From contig NIVC01003754.1 of the NCBI GenBank assembly GCA_002269645.1, forward strand, positions 1 to 64,000: a DNA stretch of 64,000 nucleotides, written 5' to 3'. Shown here in pieces: positions 13,443 through 25,632 of this stretch (position 1 is its first letter; every line of letters begins with the position of its first letter). The position numbers were made by a program, and so were the translations under genes. This stretch comes from Macrostomum lignano. Taxonomy: Eukaryota. The notes beneath the pieces were generated by a model. The model was not told the origin of the DNA, ran no database searches, and saw only the letters and a program-made list of their open reading frames with translations.

Positions 13443-13659
13443 CCACCGCGGACAATATCCGAGACCTCCGCGCCTTCGTCCGGGACTCCGGCTGGATGAG
13501 GGTCGCCGATGCCTCCACTGCGGACCTGCCGACTACTGGCGGGGACTGGGCGCACCCCCAAGGCTAATCCTTGTGCTCTTTTACCTTGGGGTTGCGATAG
13601 GGGCCTCGCGGCCTATTCGCGGCGCCTGCGCCCCCCGTCAGTAGTAAGTAGTAAGTAAG
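11204..13659 (+). mobile_element. 5'-truncated non-LTR retrotransposon, I group (LOA/R1-like), RT + RNase H + C-terminal CCHC
   Basis: Perfect 15-bp TSD taacctaaagctttc (11189-11203 and 13660-13674). The 3' tail is tag/taag repeats (agtagtaagtagtaagtaag). GC-rich body in an AT-rich flank. Confidence 0.93.
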
Positions 13660-14471
13660 TAACCTAAAGCTTTCACAATGGGCAAGCTTCAACTGCTATA
13701 CATCCTCAGCTAGTCTTTCAAGCATTTATTCATCACTTTAACACAATTGGCACCTTCAACAGATTACACTAGGCAACTGTACTGTGCATTGTATTATATA
13801 TTTGTACAATCTGAATTAAGAAGAGTTCTTTGACAAATTCAAGCTAATTGTGTTGGGACTTTTCTCCTATAATGGCAACAACCTAATCTTAGTACTATAC
13901 TTGGCAAATCAACTATATTTTCTAAGTCTCAAAAGCAAATTATAAGCAAATCATGTCTGTTAAGCATTCTAAAAGACAACATTATAATTGACTACTTAGC
14001 CACCCACAACCATAGCTACCCTCCCTTAATCCTGAGGAACTTAGCCAGAGCTCTAATAGCATTTCTAGTTTGTTAAATTGTTTTGGATTGCTAAAAATTT
14101 GGTATCAATTTAAAAGCAACTGGTGAATGGGTAAACAGCTGGAATAACCATGAATGGATGGCCTTGTCAATGTCAACTAATAGGTAGTTTAATCCTATAT
14201 TGTTTATTTAGTTTTATTAAATAAATGATGGGACTAACTATGACTAACTTGCCTAAGCTGTCTATCTTTTTGTCTAGTAAATTTAATTAATTAATAAGCA
14301 GTTTACTATTCTTTACTTAGTAAAAATTCACTTGAAATGCAGAACTTTGTATACTTCCTTATCTTGGCCTGCAGACTAGCTGTTATTAAAATGTTTCTTG
14401 AACTAAAACTGCCATGACAAATTGGCAGCTTCTCAATGCTATGTAAGTAAGGAAAGCCTTTAGCAATTTGG

Positions 14472-15353
14472 CAGTGTTGGGCACCGTTAATGAAAATCTT
14501 AACTTCCGTTAATAGCAAAAGCGTTAGCGTTAAAACAAAAAAATCTTAACTTTTTAACTCCTAATTTCGTTAAGTTAACTGAAAGTTAACTGATAATCGT
14601 TAATAAGCGTTAATCCGTAAAAGTTAACACAGAAAATACGGAAATCTTGCACGTTTTTTCCAAAACAGACTTTGTATTGCACGTCTTTGCTATTCCATCT
14701 TTTTAGCGAAACACAGAGGTCATCTAAGCGATTTGAAAGCTAAAAAAGTAATAAATAATCATTTTAAAAACTTGCATGCATAATACTACTAAAAGTAAAG
14801 CATATGGTAAAAAAAGTAACTTATTTTATTTGAAACTTAAAAGCTAATAGTGAGAAATTCATAATTAAATACGCATAGGAAGGTTGTTTCAGTACCACTA
14901 GCAGGCGCAGCAGAAAGTTGCGAAATATTGGGACAGAAGTGAATCAAAGCGATCGATGCTCACGCGCAAGAAATAAAGTTTCACACTATTTTAATTCATT
15001 ATTTTAAAGTTTATTTGTAAGAAGTTGTTAATTACATGTACGTCTGTATGATCATCGTCATAAATAAAGAGATTATATTTAGGCATATAGGTGAGCTCAA
15101 ATACGTTCGTAATGTTTAAACTTCTTGTAAGACTTCTATTTTTCGTTCCTTCTTTGCGTCTTTGGTCACTGACATAGACACTACCATTAACGATGAATTT
15201 ATCGTTAATTCACAAAATTTTTAACGCAAATTCGTTAATCCGTTAGTTCAAAAAAATCTTAACGACAGTCCGTTAACGTTAATGAAAAATCTTAACGCTT
15301 ATTAACGCTTATTAACGGATTAACGCTTATTAACGGACTGGTGCCCAACACTG
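14472..15353. mobile_element. Non-autonomous hAT-type element (882 bp)
   Basis: 14-bp TIR cagtgttgggcacc / ggtgcccaacactg and a perfect 8-bp TSD caatttgg (14464-71, 15354-61). Many subterminal ttaacg/cgttaa motifs at both ends. Confidence 0.92.
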
Positions 15354-18129
15354 CAATTTGGCATACCCAGAATGGCTAACTTATGTAAGTACTCTTGTAA
15401 AGGTTTTAGCTATCTTGGTTATATTCATCCTTTAAAATAGTCAAATATAAAAGGCAAAAACAAAAAAGCTTAATAAAAAAGGATATATTAGGGCCAATTT
15501 AGACATAGAAATTGGTAAAAAGCAAAAGAATATAAGTAAAATAAAAATTATAAAAAATAGAAATAAAAAATAAAAAACTATACTTTATAGTGGAATTAAA
15601 AAGTTTTTTTGTCTTTTGCAGACCTGCTATATGACACATTTTATCAAGTTACTATCATAATTTCACTTTGTACATTATCCCTTGTTTAATGTTAACTAAC
15701 AATTAAATTTGAAAATTTAAAACATAATAGCAAAATGGTTATTCTTTATAGTCAAAGCATAAGATGCTATCTAGGCTAGGCCAAGGATTTTTATTTTTAA
15801 TTTTATCTATAAAAATAGCAAAGCTATTATTTTTATGTTCCCTATACATGGAAAGCAAAATGGGTATTTTTATGGTTATGCTCCATGGGGAAAAATCATT
15901 TAAATTAATAGTTAATAACTAGGCCTACCTAAAGCCAGCTAAGGTGGTGATAAGAACTACTAGAAGAACTTACTATCATATCAATGTATTATAATATTAA
16001 TAACAGAAGTATCATGTTCTTATTGCTAAAATAAGATCAATCTCTTGTTGAATATTTAATAAACTAGGGTCTACCTCTCTCATATAAGTCTAGAATTTAT
16101 CAACACTATCTTGAATAGGTCTCAGTGACTCTATTCAAATTATTCTCCATTCTCCACCCTTATTATTCATGTCCTAGTGATTGGTTGTAATTTAAACTAT
16201 ATATTTAGGTTGAAGCTACCAAAAAATGAAGCTCAATTTTGAAATCATCACTATCAAAAACTACTATTGAGAGAAAACTATGACCTTATCAAAACTGCAA
16301 CTAATTTATCAACATTAACTTGAAGAAGTCCCATTGGCCACATTTTTTTACTTTTTTAAAAATTTAACCACATTAATTATTTACACTACAAGTTTGTTAC
16401 TTCATTTAGATAGTATTTGTTTATTTTATTGTTTATTATTTGTCTATTTTATTATTAGGAAAGTAATATTTTACACTAAGTTAAATTCTTATCAAAATAA
16501 TATAAATGTTGCAGAGGTGTTTCTTCTTATTCTTTAGATTTCAATCCTTACCATTAAGCGACCAAAGTTGTCATAGGGCTTATTTCTGTCCTCCAACTAT
16601 CCCATTAATTGCCACCAAGTTGTTACAGGTTTTTAATTTCCCTCTATTAAATTTCTATTGCTGACACTAAATTTTGCCTTAATTTTTCTAAATGTTTCTT
16701 AGAATCTCATATATTTCTGAGTAGCATTCTTGTAGTGTTCTGGTAGCATTCCTAATATATGCTCTAGTAGCATTCTTAGTATATGGCCTGAGTGGTCTTA
16801 CTGGTATATGTACTTTCTCTCTCCATTCTGGGCATTACCAAGATTAGAGGGTCACAGCAATTACTCTTAGTACTCTCTTTGCATAAATTCCCAATTCTAA
16901 CTTTCAATACTTTCAATAAAATAAGCAATGATCTAAGAATGGTTTATCTAACACATTTTGACATTATAGCCAGCAAACAAGTTTTTCTTCCATCTTTTCG
17001 GCTTTCTCCTATTATAACTAGTCAATTGTGTATATTTAAAACAAATTCTTACAACTTAAGAATATTTCGCATATTATAACAAAAGAGTATTAATTTTTGT
17101 GCTAGTTTGAAAACCACAATTCCTAGAAATAAGATACCGCTACTACATAAATATGTATTTTTTTGTCTTTATAAATTGAGGTACATAGTATGTTAATTTG
17201 TTTTAATAAAGTAACTTTAGTTTTACTGATCAAATTACTTTTGTTTTAATGGAATATTTCTTTACTTAGTTATAGTGCTAGCCAATAGAGAGACATCTTA
17301 ACACTATAAATCAAAGCAAAAAAACAAAAAACTTTCTATAACTTTAGGTTAATCATTTTTGTAACCTTTTTGGTAACTTTGAAATTAAATTTTCTTTGGT
17401 CTTACTGTTTTAGTTATATGAAGCAAGATAGCAAAGAGGTCTAAAGTAGTGTTTGTAGAACAAGGCAGATTTGCATAGCAAATCTGTTTAGATAGACCAA
17501 GGACATATTGCCAAATGAAATAGGTGTTATTGAATAAGCATTCTGCACATACATGCGCAACTTCTGAAATTACGCTGGCCGTGCGACTTAGTTTTCGATA
17601 AAAAATGCGACTTACCTATGAAAGAGCCAAGCAAAAACTTTAGGTAAACGGCAGGAGTAACTATGACCATATTTTTAAAGCTAAATGCCTCGCCAGCTAA
17701 TTAGTGCTGCGTGCAGATTCGGCGTTTTTATAACAGCTAATCAGTATGTCATCTAGTGGCGGCATGAAGCAATTGGTAAATTGTCAGTACAGTGTAGTGA
17801 GCATACTACAAAAGTCATGATTCATGAATGTCCAGAAGTAAGTGAAGTGAATACAGTGTGACCTATAGCTCAAGAACGATTTGCTAGACGATTTGGCATG
17901 GAAGATGAGAGCCCTGATTCAGATGGCTCATCAGATGCAGAATACGAATCCAGTAGAGATACAAGCTGTGAAAACCCACAGATTTTTAAACCACTGAATT
18001 CTAATTCCCGGAACTATTTTTGCATAGATTCTAAATTTGAAGTCATGCTCAAACAAAAACTTGTTAACAGTTAGGAAAAAGGCAAAGATGGGAGTAATGC
18101 ATGTTAAACTAAGATTTGAGGCCTTTGCA

Positions 18130-18800
18130 AATTCTCTCCATTCCTCAATCTTCTCATCCTCTTTTTCTTTTCTCTCTCATCCCTTATCCCTTCTCTCTTT
18201 CCTCTCCTCTCTCCTCTCTTTCCTCTCCTCTCCTATCTCTTCTGTCTCCTCTCTACATTCTTATCTCTCCTCTTGTCTCTCTCCATTCCACTCTACTCTC
18301 TCATCTTATCTTCCCTCTCGTCTCTCTCCACTCTACTCTCTCATCTTATCTCTCCTCTCTTTTCTACTCTCTCATCTCTCCTCTCTTTACTCTCCTCTCA
18401 TCTCCTCTTTATCCTCTCTTCTCTCATCTACTCTCTCCTCTTTCCTCTTTCCTCTCTTCTGATCTTATCCATCATCTTTTCTTTCCTCTTTTCTCTCATC
18501 TCCTCTTCTCTCTCATCTCTTTTTCCTCCCTCAGCTTTTCTCTCCTCTTCTATCTTTTCTCCCATCGCATCGCTCGCCTCTCCTCTGTTTGCTTATCTCT
18601 AATCTTCTATTCCCTCTACTTTGAAGTAAGAAAATATGCACATATTTTTGCTGAAGATAAGAGGAGAGAAGAGGGCATTGAGGAGAAAGGGTAGAGAGAA
18701 AGGGGGAGAAGAGAGGAGAGTAAAAATGAGAGGAGAGAGAAGAGGGAAAAGGGGGAGAGAGAGAAGAGGGGAGGCAAGGTAGAGAAGAAGAGAGAGATGA
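18130..18800. repeat. Polypyrimidine (CT-rich) tract followed by a polypurine tract
   Basis: The plus strand is nearly all C/T over 18130-18610 and A/G-rich over 18660-18800. The preceding 18005-18125 is homologous to the reverse complement of about 42545-42660. Confidence 0.85.
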
Positions 18801-18859
18801 GAGTTGAAGAGACACCAACCTTGCTACTCGTAGTTAGGAAGTTTCAAAGAACCCGAGGG

Positions 18860-18908
18860 GCGAGGGCCAGATAGAGGGGCTTCGCGAGCCGGAGTTTGCC
18901 AACCCCTG
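18860..18908. mobile_element. Orphan hAT-like terminal sequence
   Basis: cgcgagccggagtttgccaacccctg resembles the CAGGGGTTGGCAAAC-type hAT/MITE terminus in reverse. I found no partner end. Confidence 0.45.
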
Positions 18909-19030
18909 CTCCAGAGTTTAAGAAATGACGCGGGCTTCTGATTTCAAAGATCTTGTCTGTGGTTGAAGGCTTCTATTCTGTTTTTGCTCTCCTGCCACAC
19001 TTGCACCTACTACCCCCTGATTGCCTCTGA

Positions 19031-19865
19031 TTGTGACTTACTTCCCTCTTATTGCGACTTAGTTGCTTCTTTTTGCGACTTACCTAATCCTTTTTGCGAC
19101 TTACTTAATCCTTTTTGCGACTTACCTAATCCTTTTGCGACTTACCTAACCCTTTTGCGACTTACCTAATCCTTTTTGCGACTTACTTAATCCTTTTTGC
19201 GACTTACTTAATCCTTTTTGCGACTTACCTAACCCTTTGCGACTTACCTAACCCTTTGTGACTTACCTAATCCTTTTTGCGACTTACCTAATCCTTTTTG
19301 CGACTTACTTAATCCTTTTTGCGACTTACCTAATCCTTTTGCGACTTACCTAACCCTTTTGCGACTTACCTAACCCTTTGCGACTTACCTAACCCTTTGT
19401 GACTTACCTAATCCTTTTTGCGACTTACCTAATCCTTTTTGCGACTTACTTAATCCTTTTTGCGACTTACTTAATCCTTTTGCGACTTACCTAACCCTTT
19501 GTGACTTACCTAATCCTTTTTGCGACTTACTTAATCCTTTTTGCGACTTACCTAATCCTTTTTGCGACTTACCTAATCCTTTTTGCGACTTACCTAATCC
19601 TTTTTGCGACTTACCTAATCCTTTTTGCGACTTACCTAACCCTTTGTGACTTAGCTAATCCTTTTTGCGACTTACCTAACCCTTTGTGACTTACCTAATC
19701 CTTTTTGCGACTTACCTAATCCTTTTTGCGACTTACTTAATCCTTTTTGCGACTTACCTAATCCTTTTTGGGACTTACCTAATCCTTTTTGCGACTTACC
19801 TAACCCTTTTGCGACTTACCTGATTCCTGTTGCGACTTACCTGATCCTTTTTGCGACTTACCTGA
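19031..19865. repeat. 20-21-bp minisatellite (ttttgcgacttacctaatcc), roughly 38 units
   Basis: Direct tandem units with variants acttaat, cctaacc and gtgac. The core tttttgcgacttacc matches the MULE TIR terminus seen at 43100-43115 in reverse. Confidence 0.95.
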
Positions 19866-19987
19866 ATATTTTTACAACTTAGTTTGCTTCTTTTGCGAAT
19901 TGTTTTTCTTTTGCTTCATTATTTTCCCTGAACTGCTCTTTCTTTCGCTTTCCTCTTGCCTTTCTTGGTTCTTGTGTTTTTCTGTTC

Positions 19988-22343
19988 TTGGTTGACTCAA
20001 TTTTGCGACTTACTTCTAGTCAGCCACGATTTACGGTGGCCGGATCGGCCAGGTCGGCCAGCAGTTGCGCATGTATGATTCTGCAAAGCAAAAAAGATGG
20101 ATTGCCTAGTAAAAAAGGGGACTTCCTTAGAAGTAGACATTAAGTTATTGTATCCAAAATAGTGTGATAAAATATTAAAATAGGATAGACAATACTAAAA
20201 AGCCAGAAATATCTTAGTTATTGGTAATGCCATGTTGGACTATATAATTTAGGTGATTAATAGTCAGCAGTGTCTTGCTGCTTGGGTATTAAAGCTACTA
20301 GGATGGGTGCTGACCAATTCAGCGACAAACAAATTTGGCAAAAGCAAATTCATTGACAATCTAATCAAATTTGGCGACAATGAAGGAAAAACAATTGTGT
20401 ATAGTTTTATTAATTCTTATTGTTATATGTATTGGTCTAATTCATATTAGCTTCCCTTTTTTAATAAGTTTGTATGATACATTATTTATCCTGTGCTTTT
20501 CAAATATTCAAATATCCAAATATGCTTTCCAAGAAAATTTGTTCATTCTCAAGCTTGAAGATATGCAATGTCCAATTTATTTCAAAGGTCATATTGGCTT
20601 TAGTATAAAAATCACTACAACTCCTTCGCAACAAGAAACAAATTCTAAAATGTGAAAAAAGCACAAAGTGACCTTAATTTTGTTCAGCTTCACAAGGTTA
20701 CAATAGAAGGTTCAGGAAAAGGTTGCGGTAAAATTGTAAACTTTAAAAGGTAAAATTGTGGCTGTCATTAAATCACATGGGGGCATTTAGCTGACTATAG
20801 GCTTCAAGCAAAGCTTGGTCTGTTCTTGTGCCTGCCTTGTGTTTGTCCCAGATTTTGTTGTAAATGGACTGTCAATGGCGGACAGATGTGCGCTACTCGC
20901 GCCAAAGGGCACCCTGTGACACAAGCTGCACATCAAGAGCTGCCAAGCTGGCTTCTTCGTGCAAGAGGCATATGAGCAAGTAAAACGAAATGTCATTTTG
21001 TTGGGCTTTGTGGTTCAGCCTTTGGTGCCAACCCTCCAAATCATTGTTTGTTTGTATAGAGTGGCGATAGGCTGAGAGGCAGTTGGAGGTACAGATAGAA
21101 GATGAAATCCATGTGGCCTATAGTATAAGGCATGAGAGAATATGAGAGATGACTCAGCTGATGAGCAGAAATCTGGTTCAGTGAGACTAGCTGAGTAAAT
21201 TATAAAAGTACAATAGCTACATGTACCTGGACATACTCCACAAGTGCAGCTAACTGAGGCTCTTCATGCTGGCTGATTTGCGCTCAAAGCGTGTAAAAGG
21301 TTCATTTGATGATTTCAGCTGGTAAAAATGGCAAGGCCATTAGCTGGCGACAAACATCTTGCACCTTGTCATTATCAATGTAAGCTCGCTGGAGGCCAAG
21401 CTGCTGGACGTGTCGCCACACAGCTTATGTAAAATGAAAGAGGCAGCCACGCAGCTAGACACCAAGGAAGACGGAATGAATTGCACTCCATGCTGCTATT
21501 TCAAAGTCGAGAAGAAATTCCCCAGGCCTGCAAAATTGGTTCATATGCAAGTGGCAAGATGTTATTTAATTATTTTAATTATTTAATTATTTTACTTAAT
21601 TATTCGAAAAACAAAGACTTGCCTTGCATGTGGAATGATTGCACACTGCTTGAAATAGATCTATGTAGTCCCTATGGCTCTTTCCTTCCCGTCATCAGTG
21701 CAAATAGAAGTGGGACCTGCTTCATTGCTCCATTGTTACCAGAAATGAAAGCGTGAATGCTAAATAGTTGCATGAATGGTTGTCAAACAACTTTAAAGGT
21801 CTCTTCGACAAACCACCTGGGAGACTCTGCAAGAAGTGACAACTGTGCTTCTGTGGCTTGACAGCTGCAGCACCCTGTAGCTTGATAGCAATATCTGGTG
21901 GCTCAACAGCTATAGCACCCTATAGCTATAGCTTGATAGTGATGTCTAGTGGCTGCTTGACGGCAGCTTGCAGGTTGACTACATACTTAAACTATGGGTC
22001 ATAGACTTGACAGCGCCAGTTGAAAGATGTCTGCCCTCTTAGATACTGATAATTGCGAGCAGTTATATAATGTTCTCCTTTTAAACAGATGCGATGCACC
22101 CATAGGCAACATATGTCACATTGTAGGCCATGCTGCCTATTCCGAACTGCTTGTTTGCACAAGGGACATACATGTACATGTAGTGCGGCCATTTTTGCTT
22201 GATGCATCCACTGTATAGCTATTTATGGCCACTCTTTATAACGCCCATTTAGTGGCTGGGGCATACATGTGCAACTGCTGGCCAACCTGGCCGATCTGGC
22301 CACCATAAATTGTGGTGGACCAGGGGTAAATTGCAAAAATGCC
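19988..22343 (-). mobile_element. Decayed MuDR/MULE element with ~85-bp TIRs
   Basis: ccacgatttacggtggccggatcggccaggtcggccagcagttgcgcatgtatg (about 20023-20076) is inverted relative to catacatgtgcaactgctggccaacctggccgatctggccaccataaattgtgg..caaaaatgcc (22262-22343). It contains a MULE transposase pseudogene. Confidence 0.8.
20773..22207 (-). pseudogene. PHD-finger + MULE transposase pseudogene with remnant introns
   Basis: N-terminal CPLC..QHGLQCDICCLWVHRIC..WRC (PHD), then WFVEETFKVV*QPFMQLFSIHAF..KQVPLLFALMTGR, LDFEIAAWSAIHSVF..GCLFHFT*AVWRHVQQLGLQ (CxxH motif), MALPFLP and TNNDLEGWHQRLN. Several stops; the catalytic DGTF is altered to EETF. Confidence 0.88.
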
Positions 22344-23049
22344 TAGCCTAAAAAATACAGACATAGGACTAATTAGATGACGAGGCATTTAGCCCTTATA
22401 AGACAATCATAGTTACTCCTGCCGTTTACCTAAAATTGCATTAGGGTTTATTTCACAGGTAAGTCTATACAGTCTATACAGGTTATTGCACATGTATGGG
22501 CTGGGGTCTTAAGGAACCTCTGCCACAGAAATAGAAATAATGTACACACATAGCAGTAGTATTAATAAATCACTCAATCTAATCCACCACCAGAGGATTC
22601 TTGGCTGCATCTTAGCATATAGCGCACCCAGCATTTCTGGCAATTATTTTACAGTATATACCAACTTCACTATACAAGTGCATTGTATAGAATTTTTGGG
22701 GTGGATAAATTGATTGCTCATTAGGGCAGAGGGTATACAATTGTACATTGAGGGACTATTGAATTAGATTGTCCCCAAATTTGTTTGTTGCCAAATTGGT
22801 GTGCATCCATTAGGATAACTTATACTGAGGATAGGCCTAGCTTATACATATATAGTAAGAGATTATTAATATATAGATAGAGCTATAAATAATCAGATTT
22901 ATTTAGATAGGAACTAGCAATCTTTGCCCCCCATTAGGGGACATCTGTATAGAATCTTTGTTCTCTACAAGTAACAAAAAGATAGCCAAATAAAGCCTTC
23001 ACAAAGAAAACAGGCAAAATATTCTAATGAAGTGCAATGCAAAAAGAAA

Positions 23050-23275
23050 TCATCCCAAGACAGCAAGCATCCCCCAGATAGCAAGCATCCCCCAGATTGC
23101 AAGCATCCCCCCGATAGCAAGCAACCCTAGATAGCAAGCATCCCCCAGATAGCAAGCATCCCCAAAATAGCAAGCATCGCCCAGATAGCAAGCATCCCCC
23201 AGATAGCAAGCATCCTCCAGATAGCAAGCATCCTCCAGATAGATAGCATCCCCAAATAGCAAGCATCCACCAGAC
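23050..23275. repeat. 18-bp minisatellite (gatagcaagcatccccca), about 12 units
   Basis: Direct tandem units are visible in the sequence. Confidence 0.92.
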
Positions 23276-23369
23276 AATAAGTAGCTAGTGCGACAATTGC
23301 CTTAGCATTATAATGGCTCCTTAAAAATTTGCTTACTTTTACGTTTAAAACTGTGTATCTTTTAACAAT

Positions 23370-24060
23370 GTGGCTCTTTAATGTTTTACATGGTGGCTCT
23401 TTTATGATCGACATGGTGGCTCTTTTATGTTGACATGGTGGCTCTTTATGTTCTACATGGTAACTCTTTTATGTTTGATATGGTGGCTTTTCAATGTTTG
23501 ACATGGTGGCTCCTAAATGTTTGACATGATGGCTCTTTTATGTTTGACATGGTGGCTCTTTAATATTCTACATGGTGGCTCTTTTATGTTCAACATGGTG
23601 GCTCTTCTATGTTTGACATGGTGGCTCTTTATTGTTTGACATGGTGGCTCTTTAATATTCAAAATGGTGGCTCTTGAATGTTTAACATAGTGGCTTTTTA
23701 ATGTTTTTCATGTTTGCTCTTTAATATTCTACATGGTGGCTCTTTTATGTTCGAAATGGTGGCTCTTTTATGTTCTACATGGCAACTCTTTTATGTTTTA
23801 TACAGTGGCTTTTTAATGTCTGACATGGAGGCTCTTTTATGTTTGACATGGTGGCTCTTTAATGTTCGACATGGTGGCTCTTTAATGTTCAAAATGGTGG
23901 CTCTTTTATGTTCGACGTGGTGGCTCTTCTATGTTTGACATAGTGGCTCTTTCATCTTTGACATGGAATCACGTATATGTTTGACATGGTGGCTCTTTTA
24001 TGTTTGACATGGTAACTCTTTAACGTTCGACATGGTGGCTCTTCTATGTTTGATATTGTG
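23370..24060. repeat. ~21-bp minisatellite (tttatgtttgacatggtggctc), about 30 degenerate units
   Basis: Recurrent acatggtggctc core. Confidence 0.92.
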
Positions 24061-24114
24061 CTTTTTTATGTTTAGCATTTTGTGTTTTTAAGGTGTTTTA
24101 ATAAAAAAATCTTT

Positions 24115-24183
24115 TTGCACTGCTAAGATTCGAACCCAGGTTGCTGCATTAGCATTCCAGTCTATTTGCATCTGGGCTATCTC
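24115..24183 (-). mobile_element. tRNA-derived SINE-like head
   Basis: The minus strand reads atagcccagatg (A-box-like)...ctgggttcgaatc (B-box). It is not a complete cloverleaf and runs into the 21-bp minisatellite. Confidence 0.5.
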
Positions 24184-25451
24184 TTTTAAATTGGAGAACA
24201 TGAACTGTGGCCCTTATAATTCAATTCTTACAGCAAGTCAATTGGAGTAAAAAGTTATGACATAATCAATTTCTCAGTCAGCCAGTATCAGTCTCAATTT
24301 AAGTTAGCAATATGGTTACACAATTTTAATCAAGTCTTGTGTGCTTTTCTATGGCACTGTTTTCAACTTGTTGTGATGCAATCTTTATCATAATTGAAAT
24401 TCAGTCAGTCAGGTTTTTCTCTAGCATTCTTACAATGCATTTCAAGTTGAAAATTTTGCTTGACCTTTGCAAAAAAGCAGGTTTTTTGAATATTTAATCC
24501 CTTTAAAATTGAGCAATTTCTTAGCCAAGATGCATGTACTGTCCCAGAAAAATTTCTGATCAAATGGTGCAAGTTTGAAGAAAATCAGTTAAGCCATTTT
24601 TCTGAAATCTATCTCACACATATAGACAACTATATGGGAAAAGCATAAAGCTAGGCCCCTGGCCCTAGTTATAACTGGGTAATAAATTGGTAGGATTTTG
24701 ATTAAGCAAAATTTCTCTAAAACAATCTATAGTTTAGATTCTCTAAATTTATTAGATTTATTTATTAATATTTATTAATATATACTAGGTTTAATACTAG
24801 AAAAAATGATGACACCTTGTTTGTAATATGTAATTTGTATGCCAATATTTATAAAAAGTCATTGACACAATGCAATGTTTCTACTATGTATATTATATAT
24901 GCCAGGATATAAGCTAGGCCTAATATATGCCAAAAATGACAAGTAGACCTACCTTGTTATATGCCAGGAAATTCAGGTCTACATGTTGCCTTCCAAATTA
25001 TAGAGAACAACTTGATAGCAATGGGATACAATAAAGTAACTAATAGCAAATAGTACTAGGCATAAGTTCTAAAACAACTTACTTAGTGACAATTGTAAGA
25101 ATTTATTAGGCCTAGGATACAGCTAGAACCCTAATTACAACTTAGTATTAAGAGTAGGATCTTTTTGTGTAGGACTATAGTAGGCCTATTATTACTTACA
25201 ATAACTAGGTTTTGTAATTGATAAATAGAATTTTTATTAGGTAGAAGTTATCCTCTAGCCTAGAACAACTTGGTGGCATTAGTGGGATGGGATAGAGTAG
25301 CTAAAAACAGAGAACCCAACAATATGTTGACCATAAAAATAACTATCTAGCTATTTATACAGTCACTAGGGCCTAAGGCCTATATAGCATAACAATAAGA
25401 ATAGCTAAGGCCTAACAACTACCAAAAACCTAATATATAAAGTTTCATTGA

Positions 25452-25632
25452 TATGGCAGCCGTGTCTCTAATAATGACTAGGTCCATACTTAGACACGGC
25501 TGCGTGTTTATAAGTATTTGCATTATAGACATGGCCGCCATGTCTATAAGGTATGGACCTAGTCACTATTAGAGACACGGCTGCCATGTCTATAAGTTTC
25601 TGCATTATAGACATGGTCGCCATGTCTCTAAG
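25452..25632. repeat. Palindromic modular repeat (agacatggccgccatgtct units)
   Basis: Self-complementary agacatgg(c/t)cgccatgtct modules, plus inverted arms ggcagccgtgtctctaata..gactaggtccatac / gtatggacctagtc..tattagagacacggctgcc. Confidence 0.7.

Larger units (their letters stand above)
17643..22430. mobile_element. Unclassified TIR element (24-bp perfect TIR, TA flanks) enclosing several nested insertions
   Basis: ggtaaacggcaggagtaactatga (17643-66) is the exact reverse complement of 22407-22430, with TA immediately outside both ends. Confidence 0.7.

Noticed and set aside
10700-14200. Possible ancient antisense LINE in the DNA flanking the young retrotransposon
   Set aside because: Only faint RNase H-like wording (LFTHSPVAFKLI) amid many stops; not supportable without an alignment.
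18037-18818. Long L/S-rich ORFs (up to 192 aa)
   Set aside because: They are translations of the CT-rich tract, open in several frames.
21150-21200. Possible hammerhead ribozyme (ctgatga..gaaa within an actcagct/agctgagt hairpin)
   Set aside because: Only three bases separate CUGAUGA from GAAA, so stem II cannot form.
23024-23414. (GDACYL)n repeat protein
   Set aside because: An 18-bp minisatellite gives 6-aa periodicity in every frame; no flanking gene structure was found.
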